A stretch of DNA of 60,391 nt, counting the filler, from Sluysia triapertura (lineage: Eukaryota): the NCBI GenBank assembly GCA_046118255.1. It is 5 parts of 5 records of this genome, joined end to end, with 100 filler letters (N's around TTAATTAATTAA, not from the genome) between each part and the next. Parts side by side here need not be neighbours in the genome. Positions count along the whole stretch, not along the records: positions 25,813 to 36,723 come from JBJNIA010191640.1; positions 36,824 to 49,222 come from JBJNIA010112866.1; positions 49,323 to 60,391 come from JBJNIA010189342.1; 2 more parts are not named here. One strand, 5' to 3'. This document shows, one piece after another, positions 36,721-52,487 of this stretch. The notes under the pieces are model-generated. The model searched no databases. It saw only the letters and a list, made by a program, of their open reading frames with translations, and was not told where the DNA came from. Position 1 is the stretch's first letter, and the number at the start of each line of letters is the position of its first letter. Made by a program: the position numbers and the translations under genes.

Positions 36721-39386
36721 TGANNNNNNNNNNNNNNNNNNNNNNNNNNNNNNNNNNNNNNNNNNNNTTAATTAATTAANNNNNNNNNNNNNNNNNNNNN
36801 NNNNNNNNNNNNNNNNNNNNNNNATAATTTAATCGTTATAATTTCAATTAACAGTTGAATAATATTGAGATATAAACCAATCATTATTTATAGTTTGAAT
36901 AAATTTTTCATTATATACAGTGTTAATTATAATCATATACTATAGTGTTAATAATAATTACACATACATTCAGATATATCATGATAATTTCTACCAATAC
37001 ACTAATGTATATTTTGCGACAATAATAATAATATAATAATAATGATGTCTTTTACCATTCAAATATTAAAATTCAATATTAAAAATTAATATTAAAATAC
37101 TGATAAAAAATTAATATGTTAATATTAAAATATTACGTCAATATTAATATTAAAATATTATGGTAACAATAATTATTTTTAATATATCATTCACTTTACA
37201 AAATATTATTGATTTTTTATTAATATACATATTAATTACACATAATTTGAATATAAATTAAATATAAGCTGTTCTAATATAATGTAATTTTCTATTTCAG
37301 AAATGTTATGGTGAATGATTTATTTTAATAAGTTTGAGTACTTGTTTTATGCGGTTTCTGTTTCAGGAGTATTTTAAACGATTCTGAGTAATATAATGAG
37401 TGTTATCAATGAAAATGTCAGGAATTAGAATAATATGCCTTTTGGAAACGAATATTAAACAATAAAATAGTACTAAATTATAAAATTTGTAATAAATTTA
37501 AATTAATTTAGAAATAAATTGAAAAAATTAACATACAAGAAACTTGTTGGAAATTATTGAAAAATAAAGAATAACGACTATTATTTTAAAAAGTAAATTT
37601 GAGATTTGTTATGGCGTGGCAAAATATACTATTTCAAATAAATCAAGTAATTTTAAAGGTGTATTATTATTAATATTTAGGGCGTGCAATAAAATATCAT
37701 TATTATATTTTGAAATAATCGGGTGACACATAAAAAACACGTAAAAGAATAATCAATAAAGCAATTGGAACACAACACAAAACTCTCAACGTGGGAACAT
37801 TTTTAGATTGGAATTTGAAAATAATTTAGCTCGATAATTAGATTGTGTTATATTTGGGGAATACATTGCTATACTCAACTGCAGAGGATTTGAAGATCCC
37901 GATTAGAATTAATTATTGTTCATTCATTTTTGTTCAAATAATTCGTAAGTTGATATCCATTTAATATAAAGGTTTCGTGAATTTTGTCGGTTGTTGATAC
38001 AAAAGTTTTGAAAATTAATATTGGTTGTATTCGAAAGTGGTGGATTTCGAAATTTTAAAATTTGGATGAGGGGATATAAATTAATTTTGTTTAAAATGGA
38101 TGGCAGAAACGTGAAGGTTTTATAGGAAAATGATTCTAGTTGGTTGGTAGTTTTTCGGTAAAAGATGAAAAGTAATAAGGAAAAGATTTGCTGTTGGTTA
38201 ATGATATAGAATGTATTTTTGACATTATATGAACCAATTCAGTAAGATAATTATAATGATAATTGAAATGCTTTCTTGATATTATAAAAGGATATTTTAA
38301 AATTATCTTTATCTTAAATCGCGTTCTTTGTTAAACAGTAAACAAAATTCACTATTATTTTTAAAATTAAATATGTAAAATTAAACTACATATTTTGGTC
38401 TTAAAGACAAGACAAATATAATTATATTCATCATACTAAAATAAAATTCATATAATTTATTGTGTACATAATTATGATTCAAAAAAGAAAATATATAAAA
38501 AATATCAACTAATTTTGTAGGAGACAAAACATATAATGTTTACATTATGATAAAAATTGCCACTAACATTTAGAAAATTATCTATAACAGGTGAGCTCAC
38601 GCACGAGAGTTTATTCGAAATGACCAAATTGTACTTGTAGAAAGTTACGTGAAATTTGTGATTAAATTTTCTCAAATTACATGTAGACAAAATTAAAAAT
38701 AGAAAATTCAAACCAATGATAAAAAATATTTTGTTGAACTAAAAATTGACTCAAAATTGAAACATATTTTAAGATTATAATTCGTCTTCGATACTCCATC
38801 TCCATCGTGACCTTCTAAAATCGCCAAGCAAAAAAAGGAGTAAACGTTTCGTTCTTTAGCTTATTTAAATTCAAAAATATATTTGGGTAACTTAAAAACA
38901 TTTACTTTATTAGGACTAAGAAATTTTTCTGTAATGCTATGAAATTCAAGGATTAAATTGAATCGCAATTTATTAACAGAATCATGATCCTCTTTATTTA
39001 CTTCAACATAATTATAGCATGATCTATAATCAGTATAATGAATGTTTATAGAACCTATAACAGGTATTTCAAATTGTGACATTTTGTCAGAATTAGGCCA
39101 TCTTGAGACTAACTAGCAGTTACTGATTAAATTAACACTTAAATCGCATAAATGAAATGCTACGCGACCATCGCTAAAACGCCGAGTTTGCATTAATGCA
39201 ATCTGTAACATGTTTATTAACAACGCATCTATATTGATGGTTGAAACGATACTGATATACCCATTTTCTTATGCACACTCAGTTTCTTTGTGTACATTTA
39301 TGTATGAATTTACATACAAGATATTTTTCCGCTGAATAAATTTTTCCAAATTATTTTAAATAATAGTTATAAAATATTTAAAAAGA

Positions 39387-39606
39387 ATGTCGATGTGCCT
39401 CGATGAATAAATTTATGCTGTTTGTTTATCTTTAATGAAGAACAAAGTGATTTAGAAAATTCTGAAGACGAAAATTTTAGTGACATTTCCGAAGATAGTG
39501 ATGATTCTGAAATTATACCCGTCACAAAAAAACAAAATTAATCAACCTCTCGATACATCTACTGACTTGGAATCGGACGTAAATGATGTTGAAAACGATT
39601 GGACTT
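39387..39606 (+). mobile_element. Acidic N-terminal remnant resembling piggyBac transposase
   Basis: SDLENSEDENFSDISEDSDDSEIIPVTKK...DVENDWT pattern, broken by frameshifts. Confidence 0.4.
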
Positions 39607-41044
39607 TAATTTTAAATTATAAAAATTAATTAAAATAACTAATTTTTACGTTAAATACGTTGACGTGTTTCACGATACTTTATTATTAAAAACACTATCA
39701 AAACTCAATATTATACACTAAATCCAATATCATTTTATAATGAGCAACATTTTAATTGAGTTATGAAACTAAACAAATTATAATTAAATTAATTAAATGT
39801 ACTTTAATATTTTAACAGATAAAATATTTTATTTTATTTCTCATTATTTTATCTTGATTTAAATATTTTATATGCTTATCCTACTATTACAGTTAATCAT
39901 AATACCTTATCTTAGTTCTTTAATAACGTTCACCTTATTATGTTATCCTAAGTTTTGACCCTTATATCAACCCTTATTCTTCATTAATCCCAACAGTACT
40001 TTGGAACAGTGTAAGCGTTAAAAATGAGTGATGAATGTGCACTGGTGTTTTGAAAGAAAGTCATGTTTGGTTGTTATGATTTAATGATAAACGATCGTGC
40101 ATTTGGGTTACTTGAAAATGTTTGCTAAGTAATCTCGAAAGTAATTGTGATTGAATTGTTAAGTATGAAGAATAAAATGTTTTGAATGATTTTTTACTGT
40201 AATTTAATGGTTTGGAATGTAATTGTGATTTGAATGTTATGAGGTGTCGAATAGATATTTTTGATGAATCGCTTAATGTAAATTGATGGTATTCGATATT
40301 ATTTTGAAAGCTTATGTTGTTTTAATATGTTTGGAATAGAATTTTTGTGAAATTTATTAAGATTAGTGGGTTGGCCACCACGGCGGAAATTAATGTCGAA
40401 ATTTAATCAGTAAAATTCGTCGGCTTGTCACAGACTAAAAAGAATGGACAGTTTTAATTTCCTATTTTCAATTTCCCAAATGATCGTAAGCAGTCATATT
40501 TTTGCAGAAAAACAGAAACAAAATAAAACAAGAATAGAGAAAGACAGTAACGAAATTGAAAATTTTTTTAGCTTTAGGAACGTACCTTAAAATCCTCTGT
40601 GGAAAACGGTGAAATTGAGGCTTATTTTTTAGCAACCAACTAAAATAAACACTTAAGGGGATATAAGAAAAAGAGTTAATAACTTGTTTTTATTCATTAT
40701 ATTTTTGTTAATACGGGCATCAACATTTATTTCATTTGAGTTGTTATTCAAGAATTAATATTATTTGTGCATTATAAAAGAATTTTCACTGCATAACTGT
40801 TTATTTCTAAAGAATATATTGAGATTCCAAATTTGTTTAATTATTGGGTTATAGTTTGATAATTTAAAATGAAAATATCAAAGACACAATAAGTATAAAT
40901 CATAATGATTAAATTTAAACTATCTCAGAACTTATTATCACCTGATGAATACAATCACGTTGCTTCAGTTACATTTTCTGAATATTCAAAGCTTTCCATT
41001 AATTCACATTTTTCTTGGTCTAAAAACCCTTTCCGGGAGTATAT

Positions 41045-41565
41045 CTGTTGACCAATTTAGGCTTGTTTTAAAGATTTTGCATAATTTCGTCCACTTGGTT
41101 GCAGTATATTTCTGCTGTGATCGGCAAGCCAGGTTTCATGAAATCATATTGAATCACAACTGTTGTGGTAATTAATCGTTGCCGCAACTGTGCTGAACGT
41201 ATTCGATTGTCATATTTGATTCGTTTCTCATCACAAGTGACAATTCGATTCAAAAATGGATCAGATTTGTGACTAGAAAGCAAAATCAAGCAAGCCCAAC
41301 TGATTTGAGCTAAATTAGTTAATATTGTTTGATTATTGAAGTTAATATTGAAGTTAACAACAAACTTCAACGATAATTCATAGATGGGTAAGACTCAACT
41401 ATGACCTTTGATTCTTGGCGACTGAGACTCATATGCGATCAAAGTTACGAAATTTGGTGAACCAGTTAGAGCCAAATCCACTATCAATGTTTCGTGCAGC
41501 CTATGATGTCATAGTTCCACGAAGAAACCTTACTTCATAATAGTGTAAATTTTCGACCGCTCCAT
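41045..41565 (-). mobile_element. mariner transposase remnant
   Basis: N-terminal HTH remnants (AARNI..GFG, WFTKFR), PFLNRIVTCDEK.IKYDN, and FMKPGLPITAEIYCNQVDEI. Confidence 0.9.
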
Positions 41566-43435
41566 TTTTAACAAAATTAAATTTAAAAAGTTTTTAATAT
41601 TTTTTAGAGCTTGCAATTTCTTTAAGCAGGCAAGATATGTAACTTTACGACATAAAAACAGAACGGTAAAATATTAAGCCAATGTCAAATAATAAATTGT
41701 TAAATTTGGCAATATTGTTAATTTAAAATCATAAATTTTGGAAAATATCCTACAATTCTAATTGATTTTGAATGGTTAATAGTTTCAGTTGCATATCAAA
41801 CGCAATTTTGAATTTATTATCACAAATTATAATTATGACTTTATCAATTATTTACTAAGAACCTAGACAAAGGCCATTTTTTAATTATTCAAAAAAATAT
41901 TAAGTTTTTGAAAAAATCGTTTTTTATGTCCCTACTTAATTAGGGGAAAATTATGCATTAAAATCCATATTAATCAAATTAATTTTAACATCTTATTATC
42001 TGTTTTTATGCTTTTTAGATACTGAGTGTGTTATATTTTAACTTGTTAGATTAAAAAAAAGAGATTTATGATTTTATGTCTTAGATAATGACTTCTACTT
42101 TTACTTGTAGATGTTAAGATTATAACTTGAGTTTAAGATGATTATTCTAGCACTGATAATATCTGGAGGTTACTGTTCACTTGTCTCTGATGTGAGAGAT
42201 GGAAGTGCTATTTTGTCGATAAGAGCAAATTCACGTTTTCCCTTCTTACTTAATTAAAACGAACTAAAGTGGTTAAAATTTATTAATAAAGTATGAATGC
42301 AACTTTAATGATACGATATATAAAATTCGTATAAAATAAACGTAGCACAGTTAAAAACGACTATGATCTTTCTTTAAGCATTTAAAAATGTCCTAACAAA
42401 TTTATTTTAAAAGATTTTCTTTATATTTCTTGAATGTTATTTTGATAAAAAAATAAAATTTGAAACAAAATAGTTCATATGTAATAATAATCAATAATTA
42501 GTTACTTTAACTTTGTTAACTAAAGTATCACGGATCGAATTAGTACTCTTTGTAACTCTGAATACTTTAAATGGATTTGCGCAATTTAATTTCCCAAATC
42601 GATGAAGTTTTCACCAAATAGAATTTTCAACAATCTGAATAGCAGATCAAATACCTTGAAGTGGATACTGGATACCTTAAATCAAATACTAATTTTTCAC
42701 CAATTCTTAGTGTTTGCCTATTTATATCCAGTTTTCATGTTATAATTTTTTTCTATTACGTAAAATTATTTTATAATGTATGGTAAAATTACTTATTTGT
42801 TATTATTCCATTTTAACCATTGTTCATACTTAATTTTATTATTCAGTTTTAATTCATTGTATTATTTTATTCTTTTATTTTATTGTTATTTCAATTGTAA
42901 TAAGTTTTTTTCCATTGTCTTTTAATCTATCATAATAGTTTATTCATTTCGTACATATTATTATTTAATACTTTTTGTTTTAAATGAATCATTAATAATT
43001 TAATTTTATTGACAATATTAATCTATTATAATAGTTTATTCATTTCGCACATGTTATTATTTAATACCTTTTGTTTTTTAAGTGATTCATTAAAATAATT
43101 TAATTTTATTAACATTAAAATAATTTAAATTTTATTGATACAGTATATTTATTTTATTGTGATACGGTAATTAATAAAAGATTGTAAAAAGATATTTATT
43201 CTTTCCTAGTTGTAAATTAAAAATTATTTCATGTGTTAACTGTTCAATACGCAACACTAATTTATGGCAATTCACTTTTTATGCAATGAAATGTATATTA
43301 CACATCTTTCACATTGGAATAAAAAATTTTAGGATATTTAAGATTTGATAAAAAATCAACATGACACATAGTAATTAATGATTGATTTAATTTAGTAAAC
43401 AATGTATTTGATGTTTATTAGTCATTATATTTTAA

Positions 43436-43721
43436 CCCCTTAACGCGCAAGCCCGAGTGTCACTCGGGCACATGTTACTGGCAAAATTTTTATATTTCTT
43501 AATTTAATGACGAATATGTCTAGGTTATTGCTCACTCGGGATGAGGCTTGAGACGATAAGGACTCATTTGACCTTGAACTTGCTGTATATTGTCGCATCA
43601 CATATTTATAATAGACATTTTTAAATTTTTATTACTAATTTTATATTTTTTTATTCTATGTGAAATAAAAAAAACGATTATTTATAACCTTTTTCTTTAA
43701 TAAAAAACGCGCGTTAAGGGG
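43436..43721. mobile_element. 286-bp piggyBac MITE
   Basis: TTAA TSD on both sides, perfect 13-bp TIR CCCCTTAACGCGC, subterminal palindrome GCCCGAGTG-T-CACTCGGGC. Confidence 0.92.
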
Positions 43722-46700
43722 TTAATTTGTTTTGTAATTAACTCATATAAATAGTTATGAGTTTTATAAAAATATTTTTAATGGATTTTATCGTCACTAT
43801 GTTAAAAGTGTGGAAAACTTATATACAAAAACTAACGACAGTAATTTGATTGAATAAAGCGCTTTTTACGATTGTTGTGATAATCAATATTCAAGGACCA
43901 GATAAAGACGAAATTAGTGTTCGTGAAAAAATAACGCTTGGATCTAATTCTTATATAGAGTACTTTGAATCTAAATAGCTAATCTATTTTTAAATTTAAT
44001 TATTTTCAGTTATTTAAATTCTTAGTCATATTTCAATAATTATTCGTGACAATAACAATAAAATATTACATATTAAGCATTTACAATATCAATTGGCAAA
44101 GAATGTCGCGAATAATTTACGTCGTCCTTGTTATTAACACATTGAATGCCATGCTAATTTACATGGCTTCACTGGTGACCCCACGGCATTCAACGTGTTA
44201 AACAAAGAAATATAAGATCGAAATTTTCTAGTAATCCAAATGTGTTCTTTAGAAATCTCACTTACAAAATAATCTGTTTATGGTTCGCTTACAGTGGACG
44301 CTTTATGCTCCACACACATTTCTAGGATTTTCTTAAGCGAAGTTAAAGAGATATCTGAGAGTATTATTTTGTATATCTTAATCTCTCATCAAACTTACAT
44401 GATCAATAATCAGTTCTTTTCTAATGTCAATTTTCCTGTGTTCTTTTTTAATTAATAATTCCTCCTTTTCGTGTGAAATAAAGTTTATTAATAAAAACGA
44501 TGATTGTCTTTATTTAAGACTTAAAAAACTTGAAAATATATACAAAATTTGCGAATTCTAATAGCTCCAAATAATTTAACAACAAAATTATAATACAAAT
44601 ATATCAAAATTAAACTATTAATATCTCTCTAAATATTCGAAAATAATAGTATTTTAGATTTTAATACTAGCCTTCAATTAGTGCAAATGATTTCGAATTT
44701 CGAGTGATATTTTAATTTTTAATCTCTACCATATATTTCTATTTAGGAACACGAGTTCAATCTTGAAATATCCTCGATACTAGTAGTTTTTCAATATCAA
44801 TTTATAAGTTATAATCATTGATTAACTTGCTCCAATTCTGATTGGTTTCCCCCATTTGAGATCATACGTCATAATGGATAAGTTTAATTTGCGAGTTATA
44901 TAACAATTTCTCTAGTCTACATTTTATTGGCACTTCATACAGATAAATAGAGATCTTATTGTAAGTTAAATTTCGACGTAATTTAATAATAATAATAATA
45001 ATAATCATCATCATCATTTTATAATCTGTGGAAGTTTCACGTCCATCCAAAATCATAGTGTCTGTTTGTGCTTTATCTCAAAATTTAATACCATATGTTA
45101 TGTATGATTCTGTGCATGCCTAAAGTTTTTCTATAATTTATATTTCTCTTGGTCTTTGAGCCTTTTCTGACTACATACCCGTCCGACAGAATATGTACCG
45201 TTTTTTGTGTATATATATATATATATATATACTTTTCTACTCGATTTTTGACATTTATCAATATAATTTTTTATAAATTCTTAATCCAATACTTAAGATA
45301 ATTAATATTAAGATAAATCAATAATGTTTATTTAAAGAGTTTATCCAAATTCTTTTTGTTACTTTTGTTACAAAAAGGTGCATTTCATCATTTTCATCAA
45401 TAACTTCTCATAAATCAATATTCTAAATATTTTTCATGATTTCAGAAACTAAGAGGTTACGTATTATGCAAGACCAAATTAATAAGTTGTTGGTACCATC
45501 TGCCTTCGAATAAGTTAGGTTTTGTGATTCATCTATTTGGTGTCAGCAAAGGTTCGGTAGTATTTCCAAATAACTCGCCATTTTGTGCTTTTTTAAATTC
45601 TCGATAGGACAATTGATTTGCGTAGAGTTAGGTTTATACTTTTTAAATGTATTGGTTCATCTATGAGTCATTTATTGCTTGAGTAATGCTCATCTGTTTC
45701 TTGCAATGATAATAATAAGGTTATACTTTATATCTTTTTATTGAAGAGTCATTCTTTCTGTTTGTTAGGTGGATGAGTGGGGTTATGAAGAAGAAAGACC
45801 ACGCACACACAATTTATTTATTTTTCCATTAGTAGACATTTGCAACTGTTGCAAGTGTGGGACTATTAATAAGAAGAAGAAGATTTACTGTAACAAAATG
45901 TTTATGCAATGTGTGTGAGTCCACTTACGATATTATTTGTACTTTAATTTTTTAAAAAATCTTTTAATATTGTTTATCTTTTCACATAATAAAGCCAAAA
46001 CTAATAATAAAATAAATATAAATATTATGCAAAATATTTACAATTATCATGTACAGAATCGCCAAATAATATCCGTTAAGCTTTCAGATTTTCGAATAGA
46101 AATTAAATTTAAAATTTATTCATCTTCCATGCCTTCATAATAATCGTTTTGATTAAGAATAGAATCATTATTTATTTGTATTCCAGCTTTGAATTGGACC
46201 ACGCATCACGGAATTGTTAAATAGTGATTGGTTTCACAAAGTAGGATAAACTACAAATATTTGTATCGATGTAATAATCTGATTGATTGGTGCATGATGT
46301 TGTTTAAATAGTATAAGCAAAACTTAATAAATACCATATTAAAATGATAACCATTCAAATTTATTCAAGAATTATTTTTCGATTGAAATATAGCAACATT
46401 TTCCTGTAATATTCGCCGCATTAATTCAGTCTCAATTTTTACAAACTGAAAATACGTTCGAAAATAGATTTAAATTTCCTCATATTCTGTCGATCACGAA
46501 TTCTTGTATTATCTGTTATGGAAATTGGAGAGGAAATAATAACTTTCCGATTATAAAGGACCTCAATTTCACCATGACATATTTTACTTTCAAACAGCAA
46601 CAATCAAAACTACTTAAATTAAAAATAACATCTTTCAACAACTACAACGACAATAATACTCATACTTACATTTTACTTTGTTACACACACAAACGAATTT

Positions 46701-48956
46701 ATTGCTATCAATTAATAATAATAATGATAATGATAATATCTCAATTATCGTCTTGTCGCCATTGTTATTTACTTGTCTTTGTTTGGTTATTGTAGTCGTT
46801 ATGATAAATGTGAACGGTTTGTTACTGTTATCGTGGAAAATATTCTGAAAGATTCGAAAGTGTCAATAAATGGCAGAGAAAGTCTTTAACCATCTGAAAT
46901 GAATACAAAGAGTGTCAATAATCAAACGATATTTCAATGACACTAAAATTTCGTCGGCTAAGAAACCCGGAAAGTTCGTCGATACTTTTTGTATTCAATA
47001 AGTCTTTCTTTGTTTCTTGTATTTCGTACAATTCAAGAATCGATTCTGCATTTTTTATTATTTCCAAGTTATATTCAAAACTTACTAAATCATGTGAAAT
47101 TTAAAAAATAAATAATTAAAATGATTAACTCATCAATAAAAATTGATTTATTAATACCATATATTAGTGGTAATAAGTAAATGAAAAGGCAATGAAATAT
47201 ATTCAATTTATAAATCTTATTTTCACTGAGAAGTTACAGTGACGATGAAATTCCTTCATGATAGCATTGCTGAAAACTTAATTTTATACAATGATGATTA
47301 CGAAAAGACAATTATTTTATCTATTTGTGACATGTAAGGTAAGTAATGAAATAAAAAAAGATTATCGTACATGGTGGTGTAACAAAGGAGCTAATTCATG
47401 AAAATAATTATTTAATACTTCGTATAAATCAAGTGAAATTATCAAACAAATCATTTGTTCAAGATGACGCCGAATATTTAAAGAGATCTTTTGAAAATAA
47501 ATAAACCTTGTTATTGTTATTGCTACTGTTACTGTTTCGCCAGGCCTTAAGCCGGCAGAAATAAATGAATTATAATGAAATTAAATCGGAATTTTTCATG
47601 AAAAATTTCATTGTAACAGAATCGAATTTGTCAATTTTAATTTCAAATGTTTTGGAGTATCCAATAATAATATCTAACAGAAGACCATTCTTGTTCTGAA
47701 ATATTTACACACCCAAGGTGATACTCAATTTTCATCTCCTAGTCGGTAACTCGTCAATCACTTCCGCATTTTATAGGCCTTTTTGATTGTTAATACTTAT
47801 TAAATTTTGAGACTACCATTGATTCAGAAAAGTTTATAGTGTGTCAAAATTGAATCGGACTTGTTGAAGTAGTGATTCTATTCGAGTTCCTGAATATTCG
47901 ACATTTTGTCTTGCCTTTACACTAAATTTAAAATATAAATAAAAGGAAAATCTGCAAATTCAATATATAAATAATTAATAATCGAAATGATTGCAATAAT
48001 TGTGTAATAGATCGGAAAAGATTGTGTACAACAATTTTATTTTGTATTTAATCATTGTAATATTGTAATGTTTAGAATTATTTCTATTTATAATTTTTAA
48101 AATAAAATTCAAATTATTAAAGTCTAATTATGTCGAATTCGATATTCTAATACATGAATAGATGGCCATTGTAGTGAACACCAGATAATCTCATCACAAT
48201 CACAAATCAACCTTTCTTACATAAACAAATTACTCAATACATACAAAACATAAACACAGTCGTAATAATTTGTAATTATAATAATAACTATTATCGTTGC
48301 TACAATGTTTGGTTTGTTCTTTTTCTTGTATCTATCTTTATCTTTATGCATATAATTTTTATTGTTCCTTACATTTAATAACAGTTATTATTTTTTGTAC
48401 TTCCACTTTTACATGTTTCATTATATTGTTCAAAATTGTTTAAGATAAATCATTCATTATAATATTTCTGAAATAGAAATAATACTAATAATTTTAATCA
48501 CAATAATAATTAATTAATATATCGATCGATTTATAAATGTTGTTTGTTCATTTCCGAATTTTGACAATATTATTCACCTATTTATATTACAACACAATGT
48601 TTTTCTTACATTTTATTGGTGCTTATTATTGCATGTATCTTCTATAATATGATTATTTAAAAAAATTGATCAAAATGTCAATAATTGCATGTATCTTGAT
48701 CTTAATAGTGAATAATAATTTAATTTTTACGATTACTTATCTTCATATTGATTTTTAAATTTTGCCTAGTCACATTACTCAATTGTTTTTCTTTTAACTT
48801 ATTAGCGATTTCTATTAAATGGAGATGTATCAATTAGAATATTAAAAATCAAATACATAAAATATTTTGAAATTCTTGGCGTGCTTTTTCGCTGTATTAC
48901 ATTGGATATAAATTTTTTACGGCTATCAATTTTTATTCATATGTGCAATAAAAGTA

Positions 48957-49222
48957 CATTGGTGGCCAAATTATTAGACTAAAGACCAATTTTGTGAAAA
49001 AATTCAACATTTTTCAAAGATACTATGAAACTATGCATCAAAAGTGTATAAAAACATTGTCACGGAAGATGTAAAATGTTGGAAAATAACTACATCATCC
49101 AAAAAATCCGGGTGAAAATAAAATAATAGATAAAAATACTGAGATCCAAAACATATAGAAACTTTATTCATGTAGAATGTGATAACACAATTTACTACAA
49201 ATCAAATATGTACAAACTGTTG
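48957..49222 (+). mobile_element. Possible Tc1-like left end running into a gap
   Basis: TA followed by CATTGGTGGCCAAATTATT, resembling Tc1 TIRs. Confidence 0.4.
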
Positions 49223-50105
49223 NNNNNNNNNNNNNNNNNNNNNNNNNNNNNNNNNNNNNNNNNNNNTTAATTAATTAANNNNNNNNNNNNNNNNNNNNNN
49301 NNNNNNNNNNNNNNNNNNNNNNCATATTTCTTGAAAGCAATAGAATATTTTTTGACTCAATAATAATATATAACGCATTTATTAAATTTGCTTTAAATTT
49401 TATCCAACAAGTATCAAGGAGCTCATTAGTAACACATAATTATTTTCATCATTTTTGATACTTTTTTTATACCTTTATAACTTTGATCTGATAAAAATAA
49501 CGAATTTTCTGACTCAGTAGCAACGTATGTAGTAAATAGAAGCGATGATAATTTAATTCTTTCTCGATCACAATGGTTTTATAACTACGAAAAAATTTAT
49601 CATACAGTAATAAATTGACAAAAAGTTCTTTAGCATTTCTAAATGTTTCTGGCTTATTTTTTCATCCATACAAGCTGGCACATGAATTTCTAGAAATTTA
49701 CGACAAATTGTTAATAAGCGATCAATTTTACGCAAAATTTTGGCCGAACTCGCCAGAAGCATCAGAATAATTTAATAAAATGATCATAAACTTTATAATA
49801 CAACGAAAAGGTTATTTTCAATATCGCTCTTAGTATCACTTTTCAACACCAAATTAATGTAGGGTATTAAACAATTGTGTTCATTCTTATCACTGTTTCG
49901 GCATTTGTTTGTCGTAGTTTATCACGAAAAATAAGTGGAACTTTGTAATTTTGAAATGTATAATATTGATAGTAAACGATCAATTTTTTATTGAACTTGT
50001 TTATCTGTTAATTTTCCTCGTTTTGGTTTAGTTGAGCAATGTTTAGTAAAATTTTTTACGTTTTGAATGACGTATTTCGTTAAACGGTCAAACATTCGAA
50101 ACAGA

Positions 50106-50106
<1 letters not shown>

Positions 50107-50144
<38 letters not shown>
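50107..50144. repeat. (TA)n microsatellite; another at about 45210-45231
   Basis: Perfect dinucleotide run. Confidence 0.95.
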
Positions 50145-50150
<6 letters not shown>

Positions 50151-52487
50151 TCTTGTCGTAAGTTAAAAGAAAAAAATATGATAAGAATTGAGAATGTTTT
50201 AAAGAAATTTCATTGTTGTTTTGAGGTTTTTATGTTGGTGTACCTAGATCTTTATGCGATTGCGTGTTTGTTTAATTTTTTTAACTTTATGTTCTTAAAG
50301 TTTGATTTTACATTCTCTTATAGAATCTCATTTTAAAATGATTATTTATTTAATTTCAATTTAAAACTGGTTACTATTTGTTATTATATTTTGAGTTTAT
50401 AATAGTTCTATTAAATCTTATGATCTTAATGATAATGATTTTAATTTTATTTTAAGAAATAAATTTAAATCAAGTGGATTTTGGATTTTAAAATTTTTAA
50501 GGATTAAAAATTTCAGAGATAAATTTAAAAGTTTGAAAAATAAGTCAATATTATGTTACATAAAAAACTAATGTTATTCATTAATATTATTTTCTGTCAA
50601 TTGTTTTTTAGAATAACCAGTAAATGGATAGCACTAGACACAGAAATTAAACATCTTAAATTGTTAATTCAATATCTCAATGCTTGCAACAATTTGAAGA
50701 GGAAAACCAATTTGTGTCTCAAATACCCACGAAGACTTTTTGTAAGCGGCAGAAATTAATTAACGGATATTTATCGGAAGATAATTAATACTTAAGCAAT
50801 CAATTTGATTGAATTTCCTTCGAAAAAGTTTTCTTAAGCTTATTGTTTAAACGAATTCATAAAATCATATTAAAATTCTAATGCACTTTAATCTAGTTTA
50901 AGCTAGATACAAAATCTTTTAGAAAATAAAAAACATTAAGCAATAGGACTTGGTCTTATTGTTAGACATTCTATATAAATTATAATCACTGATTAGCTAT
51001 TGTATTGAATATTGAATATTTTTATTGATTTTCGGATTTATTGTCAGTATTTTTTAATTATTAGTGATTTGATTAACACAATTTGTAACTTTGTCAATAA
51101 TATAAATTCACTATGTTAAGACATCTTAATTTTTTGATTTTGTATATTTTAATTAGTGAATTTTTAATGTTTATTTGTTTGATTTATTAAAATCATTATT
51201 TTTATTATAAAATAAAATTATATTTTAGAATGAAAAGAACTAATTAAAGTAAATAATTCTAAAATTTAAATAAATAATTTAATTAAAATAAGTAATTTCG
51301 AAATAACTAATTTATAATTTAAGTTTTAAATTTTATTTTTGTTTTCTAATTTTTGTTTAATCTAATCAACATCAAAGCAAGATGGCAACTTTAAATTTTA
51401 TATAAATAGGGATAAATTTACATAGAAAAAATTATTTATTCCATGCGCAATTAATTTATTTGTCTTAAATTCATAACCTTATAGTAAGATTAAAGGTTTA
51501 ATATCCACTTAAATTTATTTTATTTTGTCTAGACCGTGAAAGGCTAGATCAATCTTTATTAAACACGCAAATAATACCGAGGGACTAGTATCCGTTGAAT
51601 AATTAAATTACGGCTAAAAAAGTTATATTTTAAATAAACGTATTCTATATTAGATTTATTCTTATTTTTACCGGAATAAACTAAACCGTATCAGACTAGT
51701 TAAAACTTAATACACTAGATCGTAATACGACTAGTTTAACCTATATTAAAATATTTTGATTCATAATAGAAGTAAGCGATATAGTCGACTAATTCACATT
51801 TGCCGACACTGAAGAAATCCGTACTGTTTTTGTAACTTGCTTTAAAATCCTAATAACACGTCTTCCACGCTGATGTAAACCGTGTGTATTAGGTGGACTT
51901 GACCTTCAGCTTATTTTTGTAAGTATGAGTTTTTAATTTAAAATAAAACACTTGCAAGTGTTGACTTCATTATGAGAGACGTAAATTAATTGATACATAA
52001 ATATATAAACTAAGATTTACGATTTAAATAATTATAATTAACAGTAAAGTCAAAATCAATTAGAAAAAGAAAAGGCAGAAAAAACCAACAAACCTTGAAT
52101 AGACAAAAAAAATTCAAAACCCATTAATGTTCAAACCAGAAAATAACTTGTTTAAACTTATTACGTAAAGTGATAATCTCTACAATACAAAAACCGATTT
52201 TATCACTTAATTTCTGATCAGTTATTAAAAAGGGAAAGTCTGTTTAAACTGATTTAAGACCCTCATTTACGAATTCATAAATTTTATAAATACGTTTCTC
52301 CATTGAGAATAAATCGTACATTATAGACGAACCCTTCAAACTAATTTTGCAAACTTACTAAAGTATATAAGAGCATAAAATATGTTTAAAAATTTTTAAT
52401 TTAAAAATATTTACAAACATTTTAATAAAAATAAATCATGAAATTTTTGTAAATTTTTAGCTTTAATCGAAAAATTAAAAAACAAAC

